In this document: one piece after another, positions 24,255-33,011 of the stretch
Numbering within the stretch: the first letter of the stretch is position 1
Layout of the letters: each line of letters begins with the position of its first letter
IMG/VR virus record: IMGVR_UViG_3300002988_000051
Span: 1 to 53,432 of that record
Length of the DNA: 53,432 nucleotides
Source of the DNA: a virus
Taxonomy: Duplodnaviria; Caudoviricetes
Direction: 5' to 3' (one strand)
Program-made: the position numbers and the translations under genes
The notes under the pieces: model-generated
Databases searched by the model: none
What the model saw: the letters and a program-made list of their open reading frames with translations, nothing else
Told to the model about the DNA's origin: nothing

Positions 24255-25072
24255 CCTTGAACGCCGTCACGTCATCCGGCGCCACGTCGAGCCGTCTCCC
24301 GTCCGCGCCCAAGGTCGCGATCGATCTTGAGGCGCTGGTGACGTGGGCGATCCGCGACCAGCGCGCCCATCGTGACAGCATCGCGCTGCACGAGGTCGAG
24401 GCCGCGTTCGACGACACCCGGTACGAGCCGCGGGGGGCCAGCCGCGACGGTGTGGCGACGATGGTTCGCCGCGGCGACATCGGGTGCGTGATCGACGGCG
24501 GCGGGCCGGCGCGCGGCATAGCCCCCCGCGTCCATCCGGACGCCGAGGCGGTCGCGTCGGCGATCTTACGCGTCGGAGATCGGCGGCGCGTGTCGCTGAT
24601 CCACCAATTCGGCGGGGTCGGCTCGCGCCCGGACTGGCTGCCCTACCGGCAACGCCTTGTCGCGGTCGAGGTGCCGGACAATCGTCCAGGCCGCTTTCGC
24701 CACGCGATCGATGGGGAGTGGGATCCGTATCCGTCCAAATCGGAGGTCGCCGCCGCCATGATGGCGCGGGGTGAGCGCCTTCGTGACGATCAAAGCCGAT
24801 CGCGCATCGAGGCGGACGAGCGGGAGTTCGTGTTCCGACGCACCGAGGACGGCCTCCGCCGGGAAGTCCTGTCGCTGTGGTGTCCGGTCGAGCCGTCGCC
24901 GACGATCGCCGAAATACGCAACGTCAACGAGGTCTGGTGCGAGTGGTGGAACGGCATGGCCAAGCTGCTCGGACTGCTCAACCGGCTGACCCGCTTCGAG
25001 GTGACGGGCTTCGCGGCGCCGGAAACACCGTGGGGCGACGCGAGATGTCGGTCTCGTGAAACAACCTATTGA
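24251..25072 (+). CDS. Probable late-gene regulator (Q-position antiterminator)
   Basis: Last early gene, directly followed by a promoter and a strong terminator; IDLEALVTWA...IDGGG...HPDAEAV pattern. Confidence 0.55.
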   Translation: MTLNAVTSSGATSSRLPSAPKVAIDLEALVTWAIRDQRAHRDSIALHEVEAAFDDTRYEPRGASRDGVATMVRRGDIGCVIDGGGPARGIAPRVHPDAEAVASAILRVGDRRRVSLIHQFGGVGSRPDWLPYRQRLVAVEVPDNRPGRFRHAIDGEWDPYPSKSEVAAAMMARGERLRDDQSRSRIEADEREFVFRRTEDGLRREVLSLWCPVEPSPTIAEIRNVNEVWCEWWNGMAKLLGLLNRLTRFEVTGFAAPETPWGDARCRSRETTY

Positions 25073-25097
25073 CGCGGCCAAAATCTAATGGTAGACA
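25069..25097 (+). promoter_or_regulatory. Late promoter (PR'-like)
   Basis: TTGACG-N17-TAGACA with TG extended -10. Confidence 0.6.
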
Positions 25098-25129
25098 CGA
25101 GACACGAGTTAGATTTGTGAGCAAACCAG

Positions 25130-25161
25130 ACCCGCCCGGAGCGATCCGAGGCGGGTTTTTT
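25130..25161 (+). terminator. Intrinsic terminator (tR'-like)
   Basis: ACCCGCC-CGGA-GCGA-TCCG-A-GGCGGGT followed by TTTTT. Confidence 0.8.
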
Positions 25162-25174
25162 GTTGGGGGCGCGG

Positions 25175-25342
25175 ATGTCGCATCAATATTTCGGTGATGC
25201 CGGCGTATCCGCCGGCGGATTGTCGCTCGCGGCCGTCGCGGCATCCATCTCCGATGTTCTCCAGCTCGTCATCCTGATCCTGACCGTCGTGCTGCTGCTC
25301 TTCCGCATCGGCAACGCGCGGCGCGGCAAGGGCGGTGAGTGA
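25175..25342 (+). CDS. 55-aa holin-like membrane protein
   Basis: Hydrophobic helix VLQLVILILTVVLLLF with basic tail; first late gene. Confidence 0.5.
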   Translation: MSHQYFGDAGVSAGGLSLAAVAASISDVLQLVILILTVVLLLFRIGNARRGKGGE

Positions 25343-25758
25343 TGGTCGCGAAGACGGAAAAGACGATAGAAAAGCAACGAGCGACGTTTCTCGACGCGCT
25401 TTCCCAGTCCGCGAACGTCACGCGATCCGCCAAGCGCGCCGGTATCGCTCGCTGTGTCGCCTATCAGTGGCGGGATGCCGACGAGGAGTTTCGAAAGGCT
25501 TGGGACGCCGCTCTCGACCTCGGGACCGACGCGCTGGAGGACGAGGCCACGCGCCGCGCGGCGGAGGGCGTCGTTAAGCCCGTGTTCTACCAGGGCGTCA
25601 AGTGCGGAAGCGTGCGCGAGTATTCCGATACCCTGATGATGTTCATGCTCAAGGCTCGGCGACCGGATCGCTTCAAGGATCGCGCCGCGACCGAGTTGAC
25701 CGGCGTCGACGGCGGGCCACTGGTCATCGAACGCCGGATCGTGGACGTGAAGCCTTGA
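25339..25758 (+). CDS. terS: Terminase small subunit
   Basis: FLDALSQSANVTRSAKRAGI...YQWR..DEEF, LEDEATRRA.EG, YSDTLMMFMLKARRP. Confidence 0.88.
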   Translation: MMVAKTEKTIEKQRATFLDALSQSANVTRSAKRAGIARCVAYQWRDADEEFRKAWDAALDLGTDALEDEATRRAAEGVVKPVFYQGVKCGSVREYSDTLMMFMLKARRPDRFKDRAATELTGVDGGPLVIERRIVDVKP

Positions 25759-26999
25759 GGCTGGACATTCCCACCCCGCGCGTGTTCGTCCCCCTCCTTG
25801 GGGCGGCGCGATACAAGGGCGCGTGGGGCGGCCGCGGCTCGGGCAAGTCCCACTTCTTTGCGGAGGCGATCGTCGAGCGCGCGTTGATGGCGCCGGGGCT
25901 GCGTGTCGTCGCCGTTCGTGAGAATCAGAACAGCCTGAAGGAATCGGCGAAGCGTCTGATCGAGGACAAGATCTCGGCGCTTGGGGTTGGCGGGCGGTTT
26001 GACATCCAGGTCGATCAGATCAAAACGCCGGGCGGCGGGGTGGCCATCTTCCAAGGCATGCGCGACCACACGGCGGAATCGATCAAATCGCTCGAGGGGT
26101 TCGATATCGCCTGGGTGGAGGAGGCGCAAACCCTCTCGTCACGCTCCCTCGAAATGCTCCGCCCCACGCTCCGCAAGCCGGGGTCGGAGTTGTGGTTCTC
26201 CTGGAACCCGCGCCTCGAAACCGATCCGGTCGATCAACTGTTGCGCGGCGCGGAGCCGCCGCCCGACGCGATCGTGGTCAAGGCCAACTACAACGACAAC
26301 CCTTTTTTCCCGGCGGAACTTGAGGCGGAACGGGCGTTCGACGAGCGGGCAAACCCAACCCGCTACGCCCACATCTGGCTCGGCGCTTACGAACCGGCGG
26401 CGATCGGCGCGATTTGGGATAAGGCCGTCATCAGAGAAAGCCGCGTCGAGGCCGCGCCGACGTTGTCCCGCATCCTGGTCGCGATCGACCCGGCGGTGTC
26501 GTCGACAAAAGGGTCGGACGAGCACGGCATCGTCGCCGCGGGGCTTGGGGTTGACGGGCGCGGATACGTGCTGGCCGACGAGAGCGGGTCGGGAACGCCG
26601 CGCCAATGGGCGCAACGGGCGATCGGGCTTTACGACCGCCTGGGCGCCGACGCGATCGTGATCGAGCGCAACCAGGGCGGCGACATGTGCCGCGAGACGC
26701 TCGCCTCGGTCAGGCCGGGCTTGCGGGTGATCGAGGTGACGGCGACGCGGGGCAAGCATGTGCGGGCCGAGCCGATTTCCGGCCTCTATCACGCCGGGCG
26801 CGTCTCCCACGTCGGCGTGTTTCCCGAGCTTGAGGCGCAGATGTGTCAGATGACCGCCGCCGGATACGAGGGGCCGGGAAGCCCGGACCGCTGTGACGCG
26901 TTGGTGTGGGGACTGACCGACCTTTTCCCGGCGATGGTCCGCAAACGCGCCGTCGCCCCACTCGTCGTTGAACGCTACGATCCCGCGGCGGGGTGGTGA
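25755..26999 (+). CDS. terL: Terminase large subunit (PBSX-like)
   Basis: Walker A GGRGSGKS, Walker B AWVEEAQ, SWNP, nuclease AIDPA...SPDRCDAL; TTG start overlapping the terS stop. Confidence 0.95.
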   Translation: MRLDIPTPRVFVPLLGAARYKGAWGGRGSGKSHFFAEAIVERALMAPGLRVVAVRENQNSLKESAKRLIEDKISALGVGGRFDIQVDQIKTPGGGVAIFQGMRDHTAESIKSLEGFDIAWVEEAQTLSSRSLEMLRPTLRKPGSELWFSWNPRLETDPVDQLLRGAEPPPDAIVVKANYNDNPFFPAELEAERAFDERANPTRYAHIWLGAYEPAAIGAIWDKAVIRESRVEAAPTLSRILVAIDPAVSSTKGSDEHGIVAAGLGVDGRGYVLADESGSGTPRQWAQRAIGLYDRLGADAIVIERNQGGDMCRETLASVRPGLRVIEVTATRGKHVRAEPISGLYHAGRVSHVGVFPELEAQMCQMTAAGYEGPGSPDRCDALVWGLTDLFPAMVRKRAVAPLVVERYDPAAGW

Positions 27000-27359
27000 A
27001 TGACCCCCGCCCTTGTCGGCTTTCACTCCACGAAGCTGTGGTGGGGCCGCTTCCTCGCGCCCGGCTTCGGTCACGTCGCGGTCGCGTTTCCGGAATCCGG
27101 TGTGTGGTTGGGGGTCGAGGGTCTGGCCGATACCCTAGCCGTGCAGGTGCTCGGCGATGAGCCGGACGGCATCGCGGCGGCGTGGGAGGCGGCGGGTTAT
27201 CTCGTCGTCCGCACTCATGTCCGCCCGCGCCGGTTCCGCCAGTTGCTTCCGGAGCCGACGACCTGCGTCACGATCGCCAAGCGCGTCCTCAACATCTCCG
27301 CCCCGTGGATCATCACGCCGCGGCAACTGCACCGCCACATCACGAGGCGAGCCGAATGA
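27000..27359 (+). CDS. 119-aa protein, possibly permuted papain-like fold
   Basis: GFGHVAV...TCVTIAKRVL...ITPRQL (His before Cys). Confidence 0.5.
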   Translation: MTPALVGFHSTKLWWGRFLAPGFGHVAVAFPESGVWLGVEGLADTLAVQVLGDEPDGIAAAWEAAGYLVVRTHVRPRRFRQLLPEPTTCVTIAKRVLNISAPWIITPRQLHRHITRRAE

Positions 27360-27565
27360 CGAACCTGTTCACCGCGCCCAAGAAGGCGACCGTCACCACC
27401 GTCCCGACCGCGCCGGTCGAGGAGACGACGACCATCGACACCACCGACGAGACGCAGCGCCAAAAGGAGGCGAAGCGCACCAACCGCGCCGCGACCATTT
27501 TGACGACGGGCTTGGGTTTGCCCGACGGCGCGGCGACAAGAAAAGCCACGCTGCTCGGCAACTGA
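27356..27565 (+). CDS. Small virion assembly protein upstream of portal
   Basis: P/T-rich, RAATILT...KATLLG ending typical of pre-portal proteins in this podovirus type. Confidence 0.7.
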   Translation: MTNLFTAPKKATVTTVPTAPVEETTTIDTTDETQRQKEAKRTNRAATILTTGLGLPDGAATRKATLLGN

Positions 27566-27576
27566 GGGACCGCTCC

Positions 27577-29271
27577 ATGTCGACCGCCGACATCTCCGCC
27601 ATTTTGCGCCGACACTCCGCCGCGCGCTCCGGGCGCTCGACGTGGGAATCCCACTGGCAGCGCTTGGCCGAGGTGCTGTTGCCGCGCGCGGCGGATTTCA
27701 CGTCCGCGCACGCGCCCGGCGATCGGCGGATGGTGGGGATCTACGACGGCCACCCGATGGCCGTGCGACGCGAGCTTGTCGCCTCGATCGACAGCATGCT
27801 CAAGCCCAAGACGAGCCGCTGGTTCGACATCAAGATCCAGGGATTGGAAGACGACGAGATCGACGACGACGCCAAGCGTTGGCTTGAGGCGGCACGGGAT
27901 TGCCTTTGGACGCACCTATACGCGAGATCGGCCCAATTCATCTCGTCGTCCGGCCAAGTCGACGACGAGCTTATCACCTTCGGGACCGGTTGCCTGTACA
28001 TCGGCGAGCGCGCCGACAAGTCCGGCCTCTCCTTCCGGTCCATCCCGCTCCGTGACGTGGTGATCTTCGAGAACGCCGACGGTGTGGTCGACACGGTGAT
28101 GGTGTCGCTCTCGCTATCGGCCAGACAGGCGGCGCAAAAGTGGGGTGAGGACGCGCTGTCCGGCCCGGTCAAGGATCTGCTCAAGGACAAGCCGGACACG
28201 GCGTCGCAGTATCTCTGGGTCGTCCAGCCGCGCGCGAACGCCGATCCCGATCGCCTCGACGCCAAGGGGATGCCGTTCGCGTCCGTCGTGATCGACATCA
28301 AGGCCGAGCATGTCGTGTCCGAGAGCGGGTACCCGGAGTTCCCGTTCGCCGTCCCGCGATGGGACCGGGCGAGCGGAGAGGTTTACGGGCGTTCTCCGGG
28401 CATGATCGCTCTGCCGGACGCCAACACCTTGCAGTCGATGGGCAAGACCCTGCTCAAAGCCGGGGAGTTGGCGGTTGAGCCGCCGCTCGTCACGCCCGCC
28501 GACGGTATCGTCGGCGGAAAGGTGCGGCTGGTTCCCGGCGGTCTGATTTCCGTCGATTACGCCGCGCTGCGGTCCGCCGGGGTGTCTCAGCCGGTCTACC
28601 CGCTGGCGCTCGGGGCGAACATGCCGCTCGGACGGGAGATGCAGGGGGACGTTCGGCTTCAGGTCGAGCGGGCGTTTTTCCGCAACGTGCTTTCGCTTCC
28701 GGTCGACGGCCCGGCGATGACCGCCACGGAGGTCATCGAGCGCAAGCAATCCTTCATCCGCGAGATGGGCCCGATATTCGGCAAACTGGAGGCCGACTAC
28801 ACGGGCGCGGTCGTCGAACGCGCTTTTGCGATCCTGATGCGCGGCGAGGCGTTCGGGCCGATCGAGATCATCCCGGAGAGCCTTCATGGGCGTGAGATTC
28901 GGTTCGAGTTCAACTCCCCTCTGACCCAAGCCCTGCGCGCGGTCGAAATGGCGTCGTTGCAAACGGCGATCACCGCGATTTCTCCGCTCGCGAGCGTCAA
29001 ACCGGACATGCTCGATCATCTCGACCCGGACGCGATCATGCGGGCGCTGCCGGACGGCTACGGCTTCCCGTCGCGCTTCCTGCGGCGACGCGAGGATGTG
29101 GACGCGGATCGGCAGTCGCGAGCCGCCGCCGCCGCGCGACAACAGCAGGTCGCCGCCGCCGCGCAGATCGCCGACATGGCGGGCGCCGCCGCCCCGGCGG
29201 TCAGGGCCATCGCCCCCGAAGGACTCCTCAATGCCGCGGGTCTGGGCAACGGGCAGTGGGGAGCCGTTTGA
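27577..29271 (+). CDS. Portal / head-tail connector (T7 gp8-like)
   Basis: WESHWQRLAEVLLP, FGTGCLYI, FPFAVPRW...GEVYGRSPG, MTATEVIER; 564 aa. Confidence 0.93.
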   Translation: MSTADISAILRRHSAARSGRSTWESHWQRLAEVLLPRAADFTSAHAPGDRRMVGIYDGHPMAVRRELVASIDSMLKPKTSRWFDIKIQGLEDDEIDDDAKRWLEAARDCLWTHLYARSAQFISSSGQVDDELITFGTGCLYIGERADKSGLSFRSIPLRDVVIFENADGVVDTVMVSLSLSARQAAQKWGEDALSGPVKDLLKDKPDTASQYLWVVQPRANADPDRLDAKGMPFASVVIDIKAEHVVSESGYPEFPFAVPRWDRASGEVYGRSPGMIALPDANTLQSMGKTLLKAGELAVEPPLVTPADGIVGGKVRLVPGGLISVDYAALRSAGVSQPVYPLALGANMPLGREMQGDVRLQVERAFFRNVLSLPVDGPAMTATEVIERKQSFIREMGPIFGKLEADYTGAVVERAFAILMRGEAFGPIEIIPESLHGREIRFEFNSPLTQALRAVEMASLQTAITAISPLASVKPDMLDHLDPDAIMRALPDGYGFPSRFLRRREDVDADRQSRAAAAARQQQVAAAAQIADMAGAAAPAVRAIAPEGLLNAAGLGNGQWGAV

Positions 29272-29600
29272 TGCGCGCGCTGTTCGACCGCCTATTCCGC
29301 CGCGTGGCCCAGCCGCCGCCGTCGTCGGTCATCCCGGAGTTGCTGCCGCCTCCGGCGGGGTGGACGGAGGTTGACCGAGCGCGCGCCTATCGTCGCGTTT
29401 TGCTCGGCTCCCCGGATGGCCACCACGTGCTGTGGGATTTGCTCTCTCGGCTCGGTCTTCAGGGACCGGTCTTCACCGGCGACTTCGACGCGACCCGCGC
29501 CGCCTTCGTGGACGGACGCCGAGACGCCGCCGCGCTGATCCTGCGCGAACTCTTCAAGCCGCTGCCCCCGCCGGGCGGCGGCGATCAATCCGACAACTGA
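29271..29600 (+). CDS. Bbp19-like protein
   Basis: YRRVLLGSPDG..VLWDL...AFVDGRR motif between portal and scaffold. Confidence 0.7.
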   Translation: MRALFDRLFRRVAQPPPSSVIPELLPPPAGWTEVDRARAYRRVLLGSPDGHHVLWDLLSRLGLQGPVFTGDFDATRAAFVDGRRDAAALILRELFKPLPPPGGGDQSDN

Positions 29601-29612
29601 GGCGATGATCAC

Positions 29613-30512
29613 ATGAGCGAATCTCCCGCCGGAATGACGACGACCGAAACCGCCGCCCCGTCCGCCCCCGCCGCGACCACCCAAACCGCGACCACGACCG
29701 GCGCGACCGGAACGACGACGGTCGTCGCCCCGGCCCCGGAAGCCGCGGCGACCGATTGGCGCGCGTCGATCGAGGACGCGAAACTCCGCGATCACGCCGG
29801 GCGTTTCACCTCCGTCGGCGATCTCGCCAAGGCGCATCTCGACCTGCGGCAAAAGCTCTCGACCGCGATCGTCCCGCCGGGCAAGGACGCGACGCCGGAG
29901 GACGTCGCCGCCTATCACAAGGCGCTCGGCGTGCCCGAAAAACCCGACGCCTACAAGCTGCCCGAGGGCATGAGCGACGGCCTGTCCGACACCGGCAAGG
30001 TCGTCGTGACGGGCGTCTTGGCCGAGATGCACAAGGCGGGCGCAACCCAAGCTCAGGTCGACGCGGCCTTGTCCACCTTCCACCGCCTCAACGGCGAGGC
30101 GCTGGCGATCCGGCAAGCGGAGGCCGCGCGCGCGGTCGAGAAGGCCGACGCGTCTCTGCGCCGCGAGTGGGGGTCGGATTTCGACGGCAACGTGCAGGCG
30201 GCGCAGCGCGCGGCCAAGACGTTCGGGGATGCCGACTTCGCCAAGTTCATCGCGGAGGCGACGGTCGGAGGGATCCCGCTCGCCAATCACCCGGCGTTCA
30301 TCAAGGCCTTCGCGACGATCGGTCGGCGGATGAGCGAGGACGGATTCCAAGCGGCGGGGGCGCTCTCCGACAACGCCGCCGCGACGATCGACGAGAAGAT
30401 CACCGCCATGCGGCTTGAACAGGACAAGGCGCTTTCCCGCTCAGACGCCGCCGCCGCGAAGCGGATCGACGGCCAACTCCGGGAACTCTACCGCCAACGC
30501 TACGGCGACTGA
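29613..30512 (+). CDS. Capsid scaffolding protein
   Basis: Low-complexity N-terminus, DWRASI, LGVPEKPDAY, LRREWGSDFD, NHPAFIKAFATIG...ED. Confidence 0.82.
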   Translation: MSESPAGMTTTETAAPSAPAATTQTATTTGATGTTTVVAPAPEAAATDWRASIEDAKLRDHAGRFTSVGDLAKAHLDLRQKLSTAIVPPGKDATPEDVAAYHKALGVPEKPDAYKLPEGMSDGLSDTGKVVVTGVLAEMHKAGATQAQVDAALSTFHRLNGEALAIRQAEAARAVEKADASLRREWGSDFDGNVQAAQRAAKTFGDADFAKFIAEATVGGIPLANHPAFIKAFATIGRRMSEDGFQAAGALSDNAAATIDEKITAMRLEQDKALSRSDAAAAKRIDGQLRELYRQRYGD

Positions 30513-30696
30513 CCACACTTTCGGCCCGCGCGGCTCCCGACGCGAAGCCGCCCCGCGCGCGGTCCCTCCACCAGCACCGACGTTCCCCGACAAACCCAGC
30601 CGGCCCCCTTGAGGCTCCCCGGCCTGGAGCGCGCTCGGCCATCGCGTCACGGGCTGATCTCGGACAATCAACCACCGAAACCCAAGAGGCGACATC

Positions 30697-31557
30697 ATGA
30701 GCAACAGCGTTTCCACGGCCTTCGTTAAGCAGTACGAGGCCGATGTCCACGAGGCGTACCAGCGGCAAGGCTCGTTGTTGCGCAACGCGGTTCGGGGCAA
30801 GTCCGGCGTCGTCGGTTCCACCACCACCTTCCAGAAGGTCGGAAAGGGAACCGCGACGGGCAAGTCCCGGCACGGCGTCGTTCTCCCCATGAACGCCGAT
30901 CATTCGACCGTCGAATGCGCGTTGTCTGACAAGTACGCCGCCGATTACGTCGACAAGCTCGACGAGTTGAAGACCAACATCGACGAACGGCGCGTCGTCT
31001 CCAACGCGGGGGCCTTCGCCCTCGGACGAGAAACCGACGCCCAGATCATCACCGCGTTGAGCGGAGCCTCGGCGTTGTCCGGCGGGTTCGTTCTGACTTC
31101 CGCCGCCACCGTTCGGAACTCCATGCTGGCGATGGTCGAGGGGCTTCTCGCCGCCGACGTTCCGTCCGACGGTCAAATCTACGCCGCGCTGACTCCGCGT
31201 TCGTGGTCGTCGGCGCTGACCGTCAAGGAGTTCTCGGACTCCCAGTACGTCGGTCCGAGCGGTCTGCCGCTTCAAGAGGGGATGCCCGTCGGTCGCTGGA
31301 AGGAGTGGAACGGAGTTTTGTGGACCGTCCACACCGGCGTCACGGGCCGCGGGACGTCGTCGGCCTACAACTACATCTGGCACAGGACGGCGATCGGACA
31401 CGCGGTCGGTCAAGACGTCACCTCCGACATGGCGTGGATCGCCGAACGCGCCGCGTGGTTCATCAACAACATGATGAGCATGGGCGCCGTGCTGATCGAT
31501 TCCGTCGGCGCGCTCAAGGCGGCGGTCGACGACACCGCCGCCATCCCCACCACCTGA
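30697..31557 (+). CDS. Major capsid protein
   Basis: AFVKQYEADVHEAYQRQGSLLR, YAADYVDKLDELK, ALGRETD; position after scaffold. Confidence 0.92.
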   Translation: MSNSVSTAFVKQYEADVHEAYQRQGSLLRNAVRGKSGVVGSTTTFQKVGKGTATGKSRHGVVLPMNADHSTVECALSDKYAADYVDKLDELKTNIDERRVVSNAGAFALGRETDAQIITALSGASALSGGFVLTSAATVRNSMLAMVEGLLAADVPSDGQIYAALTPRSWSSALTVKEFSDSQYVGPSGLPLQEGMPVGRWKEWNGVLWTVHTGVTGRGTSSAYNYIWHRTAIGHAVGQDVTSDMAWIAERAAWFINNMMSMGAVLIDSVGALKAAVDDTAAIPTT

Positions 31558-31611
31558 TATTCCGCAATCGGGCGCCGGGTGAGCGCCCCTCATCTTTGAA
31601 GGAGTCGCTAA

Positions 31612-32031
31612 ATGGCGAACACCTATGGAACGGTGATGACCAAGGTCAACGCCGGGGCCGTGACCGATCCCGGAACGTACAACGGGACTCTTCGCGTCAT
31701 CACGGAGACCGTCGCCTTCACGTCCCAAGCGATCGGCGACACGATCACCGTCGCCAAGTTGCCGAAGGGGGCGACCGTGATTTACGGCGTCTTGACCGCG
31801 ACGGCGACCGCCGGAGCCACCGCCACGCTGGCGATCGGCATCGCGGGGACGACCGGAAAGTATCGAACCGCCGCGACCTTCACGGCGGCCAACACGCCGA
31901 CGCTGTTCGGAAACGCGACGGCGCTCAACGCGGCCTTGACCGCCGAGGAGACGGTCATCATCACCGTCGCCGCCGACGCGCTCCCGGCTTCCGGCGCTCT
32001 CGACGTGACATTCGTTTACGCGACCAACTGA
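31612..32031 (+). CDS. Capsid decoration/cement protein
   Basis: Beta-rich A/T/G protein with GDTI...LPKGA.V directly after the capsid gene; AAGGAG RBS. Confidence 0.7.
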   Translation: MANTYGTVMTKVNAGAVTDPGTYNGTLRVITETVAFTSQAIGDTITVAKLPKGATVIYGVLTATATAGATATLAIGIAGTTGKYRTAATFTAANTPTLFGNATALNAALTAEETVIITVAADALPASGALDVTFVYATN

Positions 32032-32086
32032 GGTCAACCCGGCGGGGCTTCGCGGTCCCGCCGACTTCCCAAGGATTCCCCCCCCC

Positions 32087-32425
32087 ATGCGCTGCCGTCC
32101 CGGCTCCCTGGAAACGCTGGCCGCGTGCGCCGGCTCGTCCCTCTACGGCTACACCACCGACCACCCCGCGTCGGATATCGGCTCCGAAGGCTACTTCACG
32201 CCGGTGTCGGATCGCCTTCGCGCGGGCGACTACATCCGCGTGACGTGCCGTCGACAGGATGGGGAGATCGCCATCGCCGATCTGGTGGTCAAGGCGTCAG
32301 ATCGAACCGCCGTCGTGGTCGCCGCCGTCGGCTCCCTGCCGACGATCGAGGCGGGAGGACTGACCTTCCGAACGACCGCCGCCCAAGCGAAGCCCGCGCC
32401 CGCCATCACGCGCACCAAGGTGTAA
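32087..32425 (+). CDS. Hypothetical virion-associated protein
   Basis: YTTD...I..EGYF..VSDRLRAGDYI motif. Confidence 0.65.
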   Translation: MRCRPGSLETLAACAGSSLYGYTTDHPASDIGSEGYFTPVSDRLRAGDYIRVTCRRQDGEIAIADLVVKASDRTAVVVAAVGSLPTIEAGGLTFRTTAAQAKPAPAITRTKV

Positions 32426-32429
32426 GGCC

Positions 32430-33011
32430 ATGGCCTCCGATGTCGAGATCTGCAACACGGCGCTCGCCAAGATCGGCGAGCGACCGATCGCGTCTCTTCA
32501 GCAGTCAAACTCGGCGGCGGCGACGGCTTGCCTCAACCGCTTCGCGACGGCGAGGGACTTTTTGCTGCGGGCGCACGACTGGAATTTCGCGCTTTCGCGC
32601 GTCGCGCTCGCCAGACTCGGATTATCTCCGGCATTCGGCTGGAGTTACGCCTACCAACTCCCCGCCGACATGATCCGGATCTCGGGCATCTGGGACACCC
32701 CCGACGGGGACGGCGCTTTCGATTACCGGGTCGAGGGCGGCAAGGTCGTGACCGATGCCGAAAACGTCTACCTGCTCTACGTCGCGCGGGTGACGGATCC
32801 CAACCTGATGCCCACCGATTTCCGCGAGGCGCTGGCGATCAAGCTCGCCTCGGAACTGGCGATCATTTTGCCGCAATCCCGCGAGCTATCCGACCAGCTC
32901 GACCAACGGTTTCGGCAAGTCGCTCTTCCGGCGGCCCGCGCCGCCGACGGCGCCGAGAATCCCGCGGAGACGATACCTCTCTCCTCTTGGGTGACGGAGC
33001 GCGACCGATGA
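32430..33011 (+). CDS. Tail tubular protein A / adaptor (T7 gp11-like)
   Basis: SDVEICNTALAKIG, LLRAHDWNFA, YAYQLPAD. Confidence 0.88.
   Translation: MASDVEICNTALAKIGERPIASLQQSNSAAATACLNRFATARDFLLRAHDWNFALSRVALARLGLSPAFGWSYAYQLPADMIRISGIWDTPDGDGAFDYRVEGGKVVTDAENVYLLYVARVTDPNLMPTDFREALAIKLASELAIILPQSRELSDQLDQRFRQVALPAARAADGAENPAETIPLSSWVTERDR

Noticed and set aside
32078-32086. Poly-C run before the 32087 gene as a phase-variation or capsid frameshift signal
   Set aside because: It is intergenic and downstream of the decoration gene stop, so no frame is affected; an effect on RBS spacing cannot be supported from one sequence.
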